From Styela clava (Eukaryota): DNA of 64,000 bases. Location: NCBI RefSeq assembly GCF_964204865.1, contig NC_135254.1:11656001-11720000 (forward strand), written 5' to 3'. Shown here one piece after another: positions 1 to 11,700 of this stretch. Positions within the stretch are counted from its first letter, which is position 1. Every line of letters starts with the position of its first letter. A model generated the notes under the pieces. The model was given only the letters and a program-made list of their open reading frames with translations, searched no databases and was not told where the DNA came from. Both the position numbers and the translations under genes were made by a program.

Positions 1-1070
1 AACAATGAGGTGGTTAAAGTCACTAAAAAGCTGAACACTAAAAGGAAAAAGGGGTTGAAATTTCTTTCGACGGGTGGTGAGGTGGTTAAAGTCACTAAAA
101 AATCGAACACTAAAGGAAGAAGTGGATGAAATTCTGTTCAACAAATAATGAGGTGATTGAAAACACTAAAAAGCCGAACACTAAAAAGAAGAAGTGGATG
201 AAATTTCTTCCGACAAACAATGAGGTGATTGAAAACACTAAAAAGCCGAACACTAAAAAGAAGAAGTGGATGAAATTTTTTCCGACAAACAATGAGGTGG
301 TTAAAGTCACCAAAAAGCTGAACACTAAAAGGAAAAGGGGGATGAAATTTCTTTCGACGGGTGGTGAGGTGGTTAAAGTCACTAAAAAATCGAACACTAA
401 AGGAAGAAGTGGATGAAATTTCGTCCAACAAACAATGAGGTGATTGAAAACACTAAAAAGCCGAACACTAAAAGGAAGAAGTGGATGAAATTTCTTCCGA
501 CGAATAATGAGGTGGTTGAAAACACTAAAAAGCCGAGCACTAAAAAGAAGAAGTCGATGAAATTTTATCCGACGAATAATGAGGTGGTTGAAAACACTAA
601 AAAGATGAACACTGAAAGAAAGAAGTGAATGAAATTTTGTCCAACGAATAATGAGGTGATTGAAAACACTAAAAAGATGAACACTAAAAGGAAGAAGTAG
701 ATGAAATTTCTTCCGACGAATAATGAGGTGGTTGAAGTCACTAAATAGCTGAACACTAAAAAGAAGAAGTGGATGAAATTTTTTCGGACGAATAATGAGG
801 TGGTTGAAGTCACTAAATAGCTGAACACTTAAAAGAGGAAGTGAATGAAATTTCTTCCGACGGGTGATGAGGTGGTTGAAGTCACTAAAAAGCTGAACAC
901 TACAAGAAAGAAGTGGATGAGATATCTTCTGACGAATAATGAGGTGATTCAAAACACTAAAAAGCTGAACACTAAAAGGAAGAAGTGGATTAAATTATTT
1001 CCGAAGGGTGGTGAGTTGGTTAAAGTCACTAAAAAGCCGCACACTTAAAGGAAGAAGTGGATGAAATTTA
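1..1070. repeat. Tandem satellite, ~72-bp unit, ~15 copies, runs off the window start
   Basis: The unit AATAATGAGGTGRTTGAARWCACTAAAAAGCYGAACACTAAAARGAAGAAGTGGATGAAATTT... repeats every 71-72 nt. The same pair of variant units recurs at 1 and 288 (period 287, a 4-mer). Confidence 0.95.
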
Positions 1071-1804
1071 AAGTTCAATTATATGGTAGAGAACGTCGTA
1101 TCAACCGGGTAACAATACCCGTCAGGGATGAAAATCATACTAAAAATACGTTATTGGCAGGCGCGCAGCCTGGATTTTTAAAAAAATGGCGGTTAAAATC
1201 AGAGTCGCAAATTTTCTGCAACGGACGTCGCCGCGATTGCGAAACAAGATTAAAGCATTACTACCCAGAAAATACCATAAAAATGTGTGATGAGGTGCCC
1301 GATTATACATTGTTTGAATTCATCAAATCTCAGCTGCTCCTGCAACACTTACTCTGTGACACACTCCATCGTAATGCGGACCATCCTAAAACCAAACATA
1401 TAGTTGTCTCCGTTTTATTTTTAGTATTTTACATTGCCTCCTTCTCATTCTTTACAATTTGAGTTGCAGAGACATCCCTTTATTTATATTTAGCATCTCG
1501 TCGCTGATGAATTCAGTATAATAATTCAGAGTTCCGTGTGAGAACAAAAAAGGAATTATTATCATCCTCGTGGCACAAGACTTATGTCGAAGCAAATTTG
1601 TGATCTCGGTAGAGTAAATACCGAAATAAAGTTGTTTACGGCCTAAATAACATGTCACGCTGACAAAAACAATCGGCTATTTTGACAAAATGCAATCACA
1701 TGCGTTATTAGCGACTTTTTCATTCCTTTAACACAATATATGTTTTTATAAATTTTGCGACTTTTCGCGAACTGCAAGTAGTTCAAGCAAAAAGAGTGGC
1801 AGAC

Positions 1805-3535
1805 AAGGCCCAGAGGCCTTTTTTAGCAAGTCAGCAAACCGATATTATCACGAAATTTTTATGCTGTCACTAATAGAGCCATGACAAATATATAATTATT
1901 TGTGTCATAAAATGGAACCACTAAGCTGAAATAACCGGTTACTGAAAAACATTTTTTTTGTTCAAAAATACAATATTTTATCTATATTTTAGTGCAATGT
2001 TCGTTTTTTACGTCAGTATTAAAACAATATTAAAAATGTTGACGGTATTTATCCATGGAAGTGATTTTTTGATCACTAAAACAAAAAATGCGCCACAGAT
2101 TTTGCAATATCTAAAATTTAGGATGCATAAAACGATTTAAAGTGTTCGTGCAGTTCAGCTTGTCTGAAATAGTCCTACTTTAATCGATTCTTCAATACGT
2201 TATTTTGTTTATTAAATAACACGGGAGAAGCAAATAAAATCTTTTATCGTAATTCTGCATGTTTTGATGTTGCTAGAATGCCACGGGCCTAAATTTCGAG
2301 TTCTATGCGCTTAAAAACGACACCGCAGTTGACGAAGATTAATTAACACTCATATTATGTGACATGTGACGACTTGTTACAGAGTGCGGACAGATTCAGA
2401 AACATGTCCCAATGCACGGAGGATACATCTGTGACATATATTTCAGGTTTGAATGTGGCCAAAAGGGCCATAAATATACATTTATATGTCGTGAGGTTTG
2501 AGTATTTGTAAATTTACTTATGTAAATTTGAGACTCAATGCGCGCGCAAGGGGTTAACTCCAAATAAACTGCCAATAGGCATCCTTTATAATTAATCCTT
2601 TATGCTTACGCTCGAGAAGAATATAGTCCCGTCTTGTCGTCAACAATCACCGTCAATTATGTTCAGGTATAGTTAACAGATTCAATAAATTAAAGAAAAA
2701 TCCTATAATTCATAGTGGTTGGTGTTGAAAGAGGCACAATGGAATATGGAATATTTTTAGCAGATTGAAGGATTTTAACAAATGTTTATCATTAATCTGC
2801 ATTTTTTATGTTTTTGTAGACAATAATAACGTACAAAAATGGTAATTAAGTTGACCGTTGTTGTCGTGTGTTTGATTGCTGGAATGTTTGCTCAAAGTAA
2901 GTAATAATTTCACTTTTGGTGATATACTATATGTCAGCTATATCACTGACTAAACCACAGATTATTATCTGATGCATCAGTTTCAAATATCCGTTGATTG
3001 ATACGGATTGAAATTGTTAACGCATACGGCAACGTAGAATTAAGAACGTGGAAAAAGATATATGAATGAAAGTATATCCGGAAATACAGAATGAAAGCTT
3101 TTGTCGCGATGATTGTGTGATTCTTTGACAAATGTAAGGTTTGTTTAATAACTGACAAAAAAACGCGGAATATGTAAACTTGTATACAGTGAATGGCAAA
3201 ATAATATCTGCATCTGCATTACACTATATCACAAATTTTATTCTGTAACATTCCGTTTGAACAAAAAAAGACTCCCTCAGACAAGCATCTAACAAATAAC
3301 ATCTAACAATTCATTGATGTAAACTGCTTGTCCGGCTTTGTTCACGTCCGGCTTAAAGTTTTGTTAACGTCCCCATAACGCTCTTTTTTGTTCATAATTT
3401 ATGCATTCTTGGCATGTATGTCGTTTCTAATAATATGTTTCAGTGGTTGAATCTTGTTGCTATCGATTGACCGATATACTTTTCAAATCTGTTTTGAAAA
3501 ATGCCACAACCAAACTAAAGCCAATTTTTTGAAAT
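1805..3535 (+). repeat. Diverged duplicate of the upstream region, exon 1 and start of intron 1 of protease gene C (~26100-28090)
   Basis: Colinear similarity by eye, e.g. GGCCTTTTTTAGCAAGT, AAAAACGACACCGCAGTTGA, GACATGTGACGACTTGTTACAGAGTGCGGACAG and AACTAAAGCCAATTTT occur in both copies. Confidence 0.9.
2839..2896 (+). other. Orphan signal-peptide exon MVIKLTVVVVCLIAGMFAQ, paralog of gene C exon 1
   Basis: ATG at 2839, open hydrophobic leader and an intact phase-1 donor A|GTAAGT. No cognate ShKT exon follows before gene A. Confidence 0.8.
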
Positions 3536-3545
3536 GCTCAGTCTT

Positions 3546-6500
3546 ATGAAGCTGATATTAGTCGACAATATTAACACCACGCTGGCATCTTGTATTGGAC
3601 AAGTTTTGTATACCTGGGATGTTGAGCCGTCTTTGTGTGTCGATTTAACGGTACAATAGTATACAGTGAGCGGACCTCCTAAAGTATACGCACCAAGATG
3701 GCGCAAACCCGAACTCAGGTTGTGTATCAGGTTAGGGTTCAGGTTATGCGACATCTTGGTGCGCAGTACCCAATGAGCTTTAGTGTCGTATGAGAATCAG
3801 GGACAAAACTGGAAATGAATAATAAAATACCCGAATTATTAAACACGTGGAATCGTGTTTGCGAATAAGTATTAGGCTTATACACCCAGCGTAGATTTTA
3901 ATCTGAATAATCAATACGCATTTTAGTAGTGCATTTTATCGACAATGCGAATAAAAATAGGGAATTCCGTATAAAATATAATGAAACTCACCGTCTCGCT
4001 AACATTACTGGAAATGCAATATCCGTGATGTTGAGCGTAATTGTAGAGGTTTTCAAAATCTTCAATTCATTGCTGCGACCAGTTTAGCTACGTTGAAGAT
4101 GGCAATCAGTTAAATTTAACAGCAGTTCATTACTCATTTAATGTGGTATTAATAAATAAAACTAAAGAGTAGGCTATGCTAGAGAGGTATGAGCACTCAT
4201 TTATGAAATTGAATACTTGAAAAATCAATCTTCAAATATATTTATTCAATTTTTATAATAGTTACCTTTCAATGCATACGGCGTCTATCCGCTACTGCCA
4301 CCATGTTTGAACTATTTTTATTTTATTTCGCTGCATGACACTTGAATGTAATGTGATAGATATTGCGTTGAATTAGTCATTCAAGGTTTAGTTTTCTTCA
4401 AACGAAAAATAAACTGGATATAAAACGATGTAAACTTACTTCATGCATACATTCCACTACGGGTTTTCCAGCCACGTTGCTTGATCCTGTAAATTGAAAA
4501 TGCGGAAAGATGGCGCCGGGAGTATTTTCAACTCTGTTAAATATAGATAGGATTTTCATATATACGCATACGGGATTTTTAAATTGCAACCCCACGCAAT
4601 CGTGGCAAGTTCCTTGCTAGGATGAGCCGAAAACCGGCCATCAGGTATCAATTTGATTGCTTAAGTTACATCTGACGAAGTTAAATAGCATAGCTTATTA
4701 GGAATGAGAACATATTGTAACGTGATATACAGTACATATACAGCCAATTCAAATGCATATACAGCCAACCAAACAGCCAATGCAATATAACTGTTGTACA
4801 CACACAGTCAATGATTTATATGCACGTGCCAATTTGTGATGTCATAAGAATCCAACAGCGGATCGCTCATATTATATATGAAGAATGCATTCCAAGAAAG
4901 AGTGCTCATGTCTACTGTTTTGAATAAACTAATATTTCGGGAGAGATGGGAAAAGAGAGATGCACTGCACTTACTTGTTTATCTTCGACATGCCAATGCC
5001 AATGTATTGCCAAGAAGCATACATTGTAACTGAAGATTGACAAAAGCTCAAATCTATCTTCGGATAATACAAAATAAACGCGAGGCACATCTCCTCTCGT
5101 CCTGCTTTATATTAACCAATTAAGAAAATTAAAAGTATTGCAATGCATATAATATGTCGTGGCCATATAAATATATGGCCATGGAGTATCTTTATTATAC
5201 CTATGCCGTTTATTTAGAAAACATTACCGAAATCAATCAAACCAATTTTTCTCAAATCCATCACAATTTGCATTACCCAGGAAGCACCGGGGAGTCCAAG
5301 TTAAAATTGAAATAATATAAAAGCAATTGACTTTTAGACGAAATTTCCATTTTCAAATACGAATAGCCTTCATCTAGCTGTCGAAGATAAACTGATTATG
5401 GTGAAATTATCATCACTTGAGGCAAAACTGCGAGGTCGGAGTTTGGCATATTTTCGCCGGAGTCGGAGTTGAAATCTTTTTCGTATTTAAAACTCTCCGA
5501 ATTCTGGAGACTGAATTGAAATTCGGATTTTTTCAAAGTCATAACTCTAGGTCTAGGCTATCAATGGTCACAAAAGATGTCGTAATTTCTACAAAAACTG
5601 ATTTCTCCAACATCGCAGCGGGATTTTTTCTGCCCGAGGCCGGGAATCGGAATCAAGCCATTTGAATCACAGTCACTAAAAGTCCATGCAAAACAAACCC
5701 CAATTATTTATTTACTAATTGACACTGTCAATAGAGAGTTCTAATAAACTTTCCTTTTTGCCTCTGTCATTGCTACTCGTCCCTGCGTATTGTTATCGCA
5801 TTCTAGTTGGAAATTGTCTGTACTAACACTTGGATTTAGATATCTTGCTCCTTGGTAATTGAAATCATAGTTTTCATCACTGACGAGGTACGGAAGTTCA
5901 GTTCCATTTCTGATATTGGAATATATGATGATTAAATGCAATGATAACAAATTATCGTTTTAAAATTTGATGTTCTCTCCTCAATTTTTAGGAATGGTTG
6001 TGGGATATTCTAAATGGAATACCTGAGGTGGCGTGGTCTCATTTTTCTCCCGGCTTCGTGAGAGTGAAGCACAACACTGAAAGCTGTAACGTGGTCTCTC
6101 TCATAGATACTGACATTTTCTAGGTAAGTTAGATATGTGGAAATTAGCAACTTGCTTAGAGAAATTTGTTATAGACCTATCTAATTCTTGACACTTCTTG
6201 TTGGCCGTCCTGGGAGCTCATTTTGAGTGCATCTCTACTTAGCATATGTGTCATATTATCACTTGGATACTGCAACAGAATGAAGGCCCCGTCAATTCGA
6301 TCATATTGAAATATATTATCCGCACTATTTATTATTTGAATAAAACCGATATATGTAAAATAAATGATCGATATGAGCTTATAATTTTTTCACCCAAGTT
6401 TAGTGCTAGAAAGTACAAACTTGTGAGATTTTACATTTCATTGCAAACGTTCCTGAGGAATAAACTCAAGATTACCGGTTTACAGGTAAAACCGATCAAA

Positions 6501-7600
6501 CAAAATATTACTTTGCTTGTTATCAGCTTGACTTACAGATTTAACACATTCGTTTGTACAGTGTGCAGTGCAGACATAGTTCCCGATTTGAAAAAACGCC
6601 AACATCATATTTTCGAAGAGTAGGCTTATATGTAAACCGAAATCCAGAATTATCGCGAACTTCTGGAATGCCACAAAAGATTGACACTGTTAAACTATTT
6701 TATGACAAGTTTCGATAAGTATGATTATATTTGATAGGGGAGTATAATATTATACACAAACTTGCAATCTTGCTTGGATGATGCCACTTACAGTTTATGC
6801 TATACAAGTCTAACATAACCTTGACTTCTTAATACTAATGCTGTGTATTGTTTTAACTGGGGAAAAAAATATTTTCGAGAATGTGACCTTCGACCACGTT
6901 AGGGTTGTTGTATTGAATTTTCTATTGTACATAAACCGGATCTCCTGGTCCACCGTCTAGAAAACCCGCTTCTTTTGGAAACGTCAGTCCCTGTTAACTC
7001 ACACATAGTTTAAGGCCTATTTTTATCTATTTCTCAGAGGTACTTGAAAGGATGGAAACTCAACTAGTAAAAAACTAGGGTAATTCGTGTTTGAATCAAC
7101 AAAAAAGAGTGTCGAGGCCCAGTATTCCAGGTCCCAGGCTGCTTTATCACAAAATTTCCTCACGGAGACGAACAACCTCTGATCGCAATCTTTGTGGCCA
7201 TAAGACAGAGGTTGTAATTCTAACAGTTTATATATCTTGCAGGGTCTTGATAATTAAGTTCAAAAATAGGCGTTGCCAATTCAAATCAGTGATTGGATCT
7301 GTGGGAGCGGATACTTTCCAAACTAAAGGATATTTTCTCTGAAAGCATTTCGCGTTTTATGAATTCGGGCAACTCGAGTTATTTTAGCAAACTTACTAAA
7401 GGCAATTCAAATTATTTTGGACTTCTTGAATTCACTATATTTAGGTTTATACTATATTAGGTTTAACACATTACCCCAGCTCCTAATAGCCATTCAAAAA
7501 CAATGGTCGTACACGTATCAAAATGAGCCATATTTGGGGTATAACACTGATCGTCCTTTGCCAGTTCAGACTCATTCTGTGGAACAAATATGTTTTTCTA
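3546..7600 (-). pseudogene. MOXD1: MOXD1/DBH-like copper type II ascorbate-dependent monooxygenase pseudogene (unprocessed, multi-exon)
   Basis: Minus-strand exons in correct order: ~7600-7475 (DQCYTPNMAHFDTCTTIVFEWLLGAG); 6990-6888 (GLTFPKEAGFLDGGPGDPVYVQ*KIQYNNP); 6662-6537 (VRDNSGFRFTYKPTLRKYDVGVF, frameshift, CTAHCTNECVK); ~6119-6023 (VTAFSVVLHSHEAGRKMRPRHLR); 5909-5762 (NGTELPYLVSDENYDFNYQ...LECDNNT...MTE); ~5103-4975 (REEMCLAFILYYPKIDLSFC); 4928-~4825; 4533-4440; 4087-3992 (LNWSQQ*IEDFENLY); ~3809-3546. These match recalled MOXD1/DBH motifs (HxH, EMC, DSG..YDAG, FDFNFQ). In-frame stops, a frameshift and deletions are present. Confidence 0.88.
3665..3778. mobile_element. ~100-bp MITE with internal inverted repeat, inserted in the last pseudogene exon
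   Basis: Arms GCACCAAGATGGCGCAAACC and GGTTATGCGACATCTTGGTGC, flanked by CAGTGAGC/CAATGAGC (8-bp TSD-like). The empty site is visible in the paralog at ~16500. Related copies lie at ~50815-50918 and ~61875-61978. Confidence 0.75.
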
Positions 7601-8733
7601 TTTTGATTATCTCCAATACTTACTTCAAAAGTAATATGACTTTCAGTAAATTTCCGATATAATGAAATTTTCACAGATTGCAACATTGTAGAATGGCTGT
7701 AACTGTCACTCGGGGGTCATTTGACTTTTCACATTCGGCGAAAAAACGACAATACATAAAACCAATATGCAGGATACAGCTGAATACTGCAAACTAAATA
7801 TATAGTTTGTCTATCGGTATCCGGTAGTAGCCTACTTTCCACATCACGATCATTCGTCTAATCGGGTTCTCGCTATTGAATTGTGTCATGTGAGCTTAAT
7901 TATACCGATTATTCTCAGTTTTTGGAAGTGTTTTGAAGCATCTCCCTTGGCTATACTCTGAAACAACCACTTTGATGCGAAAAGCCAGTGAGTTCGAAGG
8001 AATATAAGTATTTCTTATTTAAGATGCTCTATCGAATTTACTACATGTAAAAACAAACGAAAATGGTAATTGAAATTCAAAAGTACGTAGGGAGTTACAG
8101 TTCTTTTGCGTGGATAAGACACCCCCAGATTCCGCACAAGATTATGCTGTGCCAAACTCTCAAAGAAGTTATCAGCATGACTACAATGTCAGCATAGTTA
8201 TAGTCATGTTTGTATCTTATATTTATTTAGTTGCGGTTGGTCCAATAAGCCACACAAAGCCTTTTTCGTCATGTTATATGTGGTAATTGGGTATAAGACA
8301 TCTAAAAAAGATTTGAGCCTTTCGAAGTCCAATCTATACGTTAAAGTTGCGGGAGAAGTCCCTTAGCAAGTTCGTTTGCCAAAGTCAAGTCACGCTAATA
8401 GCAGGAAAGATAAAAGAAAGCCTGGTTGGCTCATGCATTTGAATATTACCGATAAAAGATCAGAGCTTATTATTGCTATAATATTAATATGGTATTCTGA
8501 CAAAAAACGACAAAACTACAAAATCAGTGAAGTTGTGAGATAAATTTCGACCGATTCAAATCGCAAATGAAATTATTGTTTTGTTGCATATTTTATACAA
8601 GTTGTGATGAGACATAAATTGGTGAATACACATCTAATTATATATATTGACGAAACTTGTGTTTATTTATTATGTAGATAACTTACGCTTATCCATTAGT
8701 TCACGTAAACATTATTTAGAGAATACAGTAACG

Positions 8734-11700
8734 ATGTTCAAGTGTTTGTTGTTGTCGGTGTACGTCTGTTTGATTGTTGGAATTTCTGTTAAAGGTAAGT
8801 GGTAGGTTTTTGTATATAATATAGTTTCGATGATTAAATGAAATGTCAAATAATTCATTGTTTTTACCTGGTTATTGCGTATTAAATTGCCCGCAGAAAC
8901 ATGCACGTTTTCTGCATTTCCATTTTTATTTCTTCTGACCTAAGTTATTGCTATTAACATACAAAGCATGCGATGACAAGGACATTGAATGTCCGGACTG
9001 GAAGATATTTTGTGGAGACAACGAGTTTGTGGACAAAACTTGCAAAAGAACTTGTGGAAACTGCCCAACCACAACAACAACAGGTGGCTGTGAGTTTTGA
9101 ATTGGAATATTTTAGTTAATTCTTTGTTACTTTGTTCCCGTTTTATAACATTTTTGTTTAGTTCTGAAATTAGGATTTAAATGATACTGAAAGTATTTTA
9201 GTATTTCATTATAAAATTCGGACAGTTTTCGTAAAATAACTTGGACCATTGTCAAACGCGCCAACGCTGATACGTTTTCGGTATTGCCCAACGAAGTTAA
9301 ATTCATTTCTAAATTCAAACCAGCTGTCTATATGGCATCTTTCACGAACGGCACGAATGGCGATCGGAACTTTATATCCATGCTCTCTCAACCAAATCGT
9401 ATTACTTTTGCTTAGCATGTGTTGACAAAGTCCATGGATGTCCCGACTGGAAATTTTTTTGCGGAAGCAGTAACGTTTACGTCGACACTAATTGTAAAAA
9501 GACATGCGATGCCTGCCCAACAACTGGAGAAGGTGGTGGGGGAGGCGGAGGGGGAAGTGGAAGTAACAGTGAGTATTGTCATCTGAAAAATTATTAAAAA
9601 ATTGTAAAAAGTTTTATATTACATTTGAATATTGAGTAATATTTATTTGCAAATTGATACAGTAAAATCTATTTCAATTTTCAACTTTTGAAAAGCTGTT
9701 GTGTGTTCTGCTTCGCTGCAAATATATAAAAAAATATATAAATGTTTTGATGCAGCGTGGTCTTCATGCTCAAAAACATGCGGTATGGGAACGAGGTTTA
9801 AAGAGACGTGTCAAAGCGGCAGTTGTTCAAAAGAATGGGAAGCATGCGAGATACAAGACTGCCCAGAAGCATGTAAGTACCATCACAAATACGATTCATG
9901 GCTGATTCCGAAATATATATCCACCAATTTTACGTACCCACTCTAAATTTAATATAATTGCTAATAGCTTGCGGGAATAATAAAAGAAAACGAAATGGAA
10001 TGCCGCATGCCTGTTGCACTATAGATTCATATTCATCTGAGTGTGGAAAACAATTCATCAACACACAAAGAGTGGTAAAAGGAGATCCTGCAATATTCAA
10101 AAAATATCCTTGGATTGTAATTATTTTTATTTGTTGTTGTTTTCTATATTATGCTTTTCTGTTCCTATACTTGCCATTAGTCACCGACGACCAACTAAGC
10201 TCTTTAAGCTAAAACAAAATCTATAAAGAACCGGATGAATATATTCATTTCGGAAGACAAATTTGAATCTGTCCGAGTTTTCACCCTACCCTACCAGTTG
10301 GTCTGGTGCCATTTTACATGGGTTATTTTTTTGTCAACCATTAGGCCCTAAAGCTTTACTCATGGCTTTTTAATAGCGTATGATAGAGCTCCATTCAGCA
10401 ATATATGTAAAACGCACTCCTCTAAAAAAATTTTTTTTTACGTTAAAATTCCAAAACGTCTATTGAACTTGCGAGATTTAGAGATTCTAGTAGAGGGTTA
10501 ATAATTATTCCTAACTAATTAATTTTTATTTCAACGTTTTCTTGTGTTATTTTTCAACAGAACAACGCCAAAACCACTATTATAGCAAGAATGGTTACAA
10601 GAATTCACGATTGTATTTACAGAATTTTCGTGTTCAAGGCTTCAATTAACAATTTTGATGACGTCACACCTCTAATTATTACTACACACGCCCCCCTCAA
10701 TGCAAAAAATGTTACTTTTTCCGACGGAAATGCGCGTAGAGAAACGTGAACATTCTAATGCGCGCCGTCAAGCGTGAAAATTACCATTAATTTTACGTTT
10801 TTTTCACGTTTAAAAAATCTCGATACCTCTGCCAAGTATGGTGCAGTCGAAATCATATTTGTCAAAACAGCGCAGCGCCAGGGATGATATGTATGACTGA
10901 AAATACATGCTAAACCAATAACGAGAATATCGGTCAGAGACCGGAGACCTATCGATCGAAAGTTAGGGGATCCCCCAAAACAGCGCTCTTACTCCATAGT
11001 GACACCTTGTGTTCCATCACTAATTAATTAATACCTCGCTAATTATACGACATAATTCATCCAAAATCAATAGTCTTCTGGTCCGACATATGATGAATGC
11101 ACATGCAAAATTTGGAGCAGATTCAATCTCGCTTTCGTGAGATATCGCGTGCATCTAACAGACAAAGAGACAAATACCTATCAACATACTTACCGATTAA
11201 AATCGATAAGTAATAAGTCATTATAAAGAAGAAGTTAATGTTAGTGATTTCCTGTCTGAGTCGCGTCAACAATCTCACACATCTGACTGGCGATTTTGAA
11301 ATCGATGCTATTATTTATACGATTCGCACTTTGCGTCACGGCTGGAGTATCTTTTTCGTGAAATATACGACTCTACTATAGAACATTGACTGTAAAACCA
11401 TTAATACCTTTTAGTATATACCATCCGGCTGTATTGGGCCAATATGACCGGATAAGCAGTACGTTGGTAGCGAAATCCACAGAATTAATTCGGCATAACT
11501 TGTTTCCTCATGTAAATAATTCAACTATAGACCTTCAGTATTCTGGTATTTTTGCATACCCACTTATTAGACACGAAATGTACATATAGATCGTTTTGTT
11601 ATTAATACAATATTGTTGTTCTTGTTTTTCGAATTCTCTTTTCTGAAAAAATCGCTTTCCTTAATTACTGGACTAATTGATTTGCAATATTCAGGGGTTA

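Noticed and set aside
110-952. 280-aa minus-strand ORF and overlapping Lys-rich plus-strand ORFs
   Set aside because: They are by-products of the 72-bp (24-codon) satellite; the protein is repetitive with no domain signature.
1-1070. CRISPR-like array
   Set aside because: Units are contiguous diverged repeats with no unique spacers, there are no cas genes, and the context is eukaryotic.
1061-1462. 133-aa ORF next to the satellite
   Set aside because: No recognisable motif or splice support; it overlaps repeat-like sequence.
5992-6123. Plus-strand exon-like segment with AG and GTAAGT boundaries
   Set aside because: The minus strand of the same bases encodes the MOXD1-like HxH exon, which explains the sequence better.
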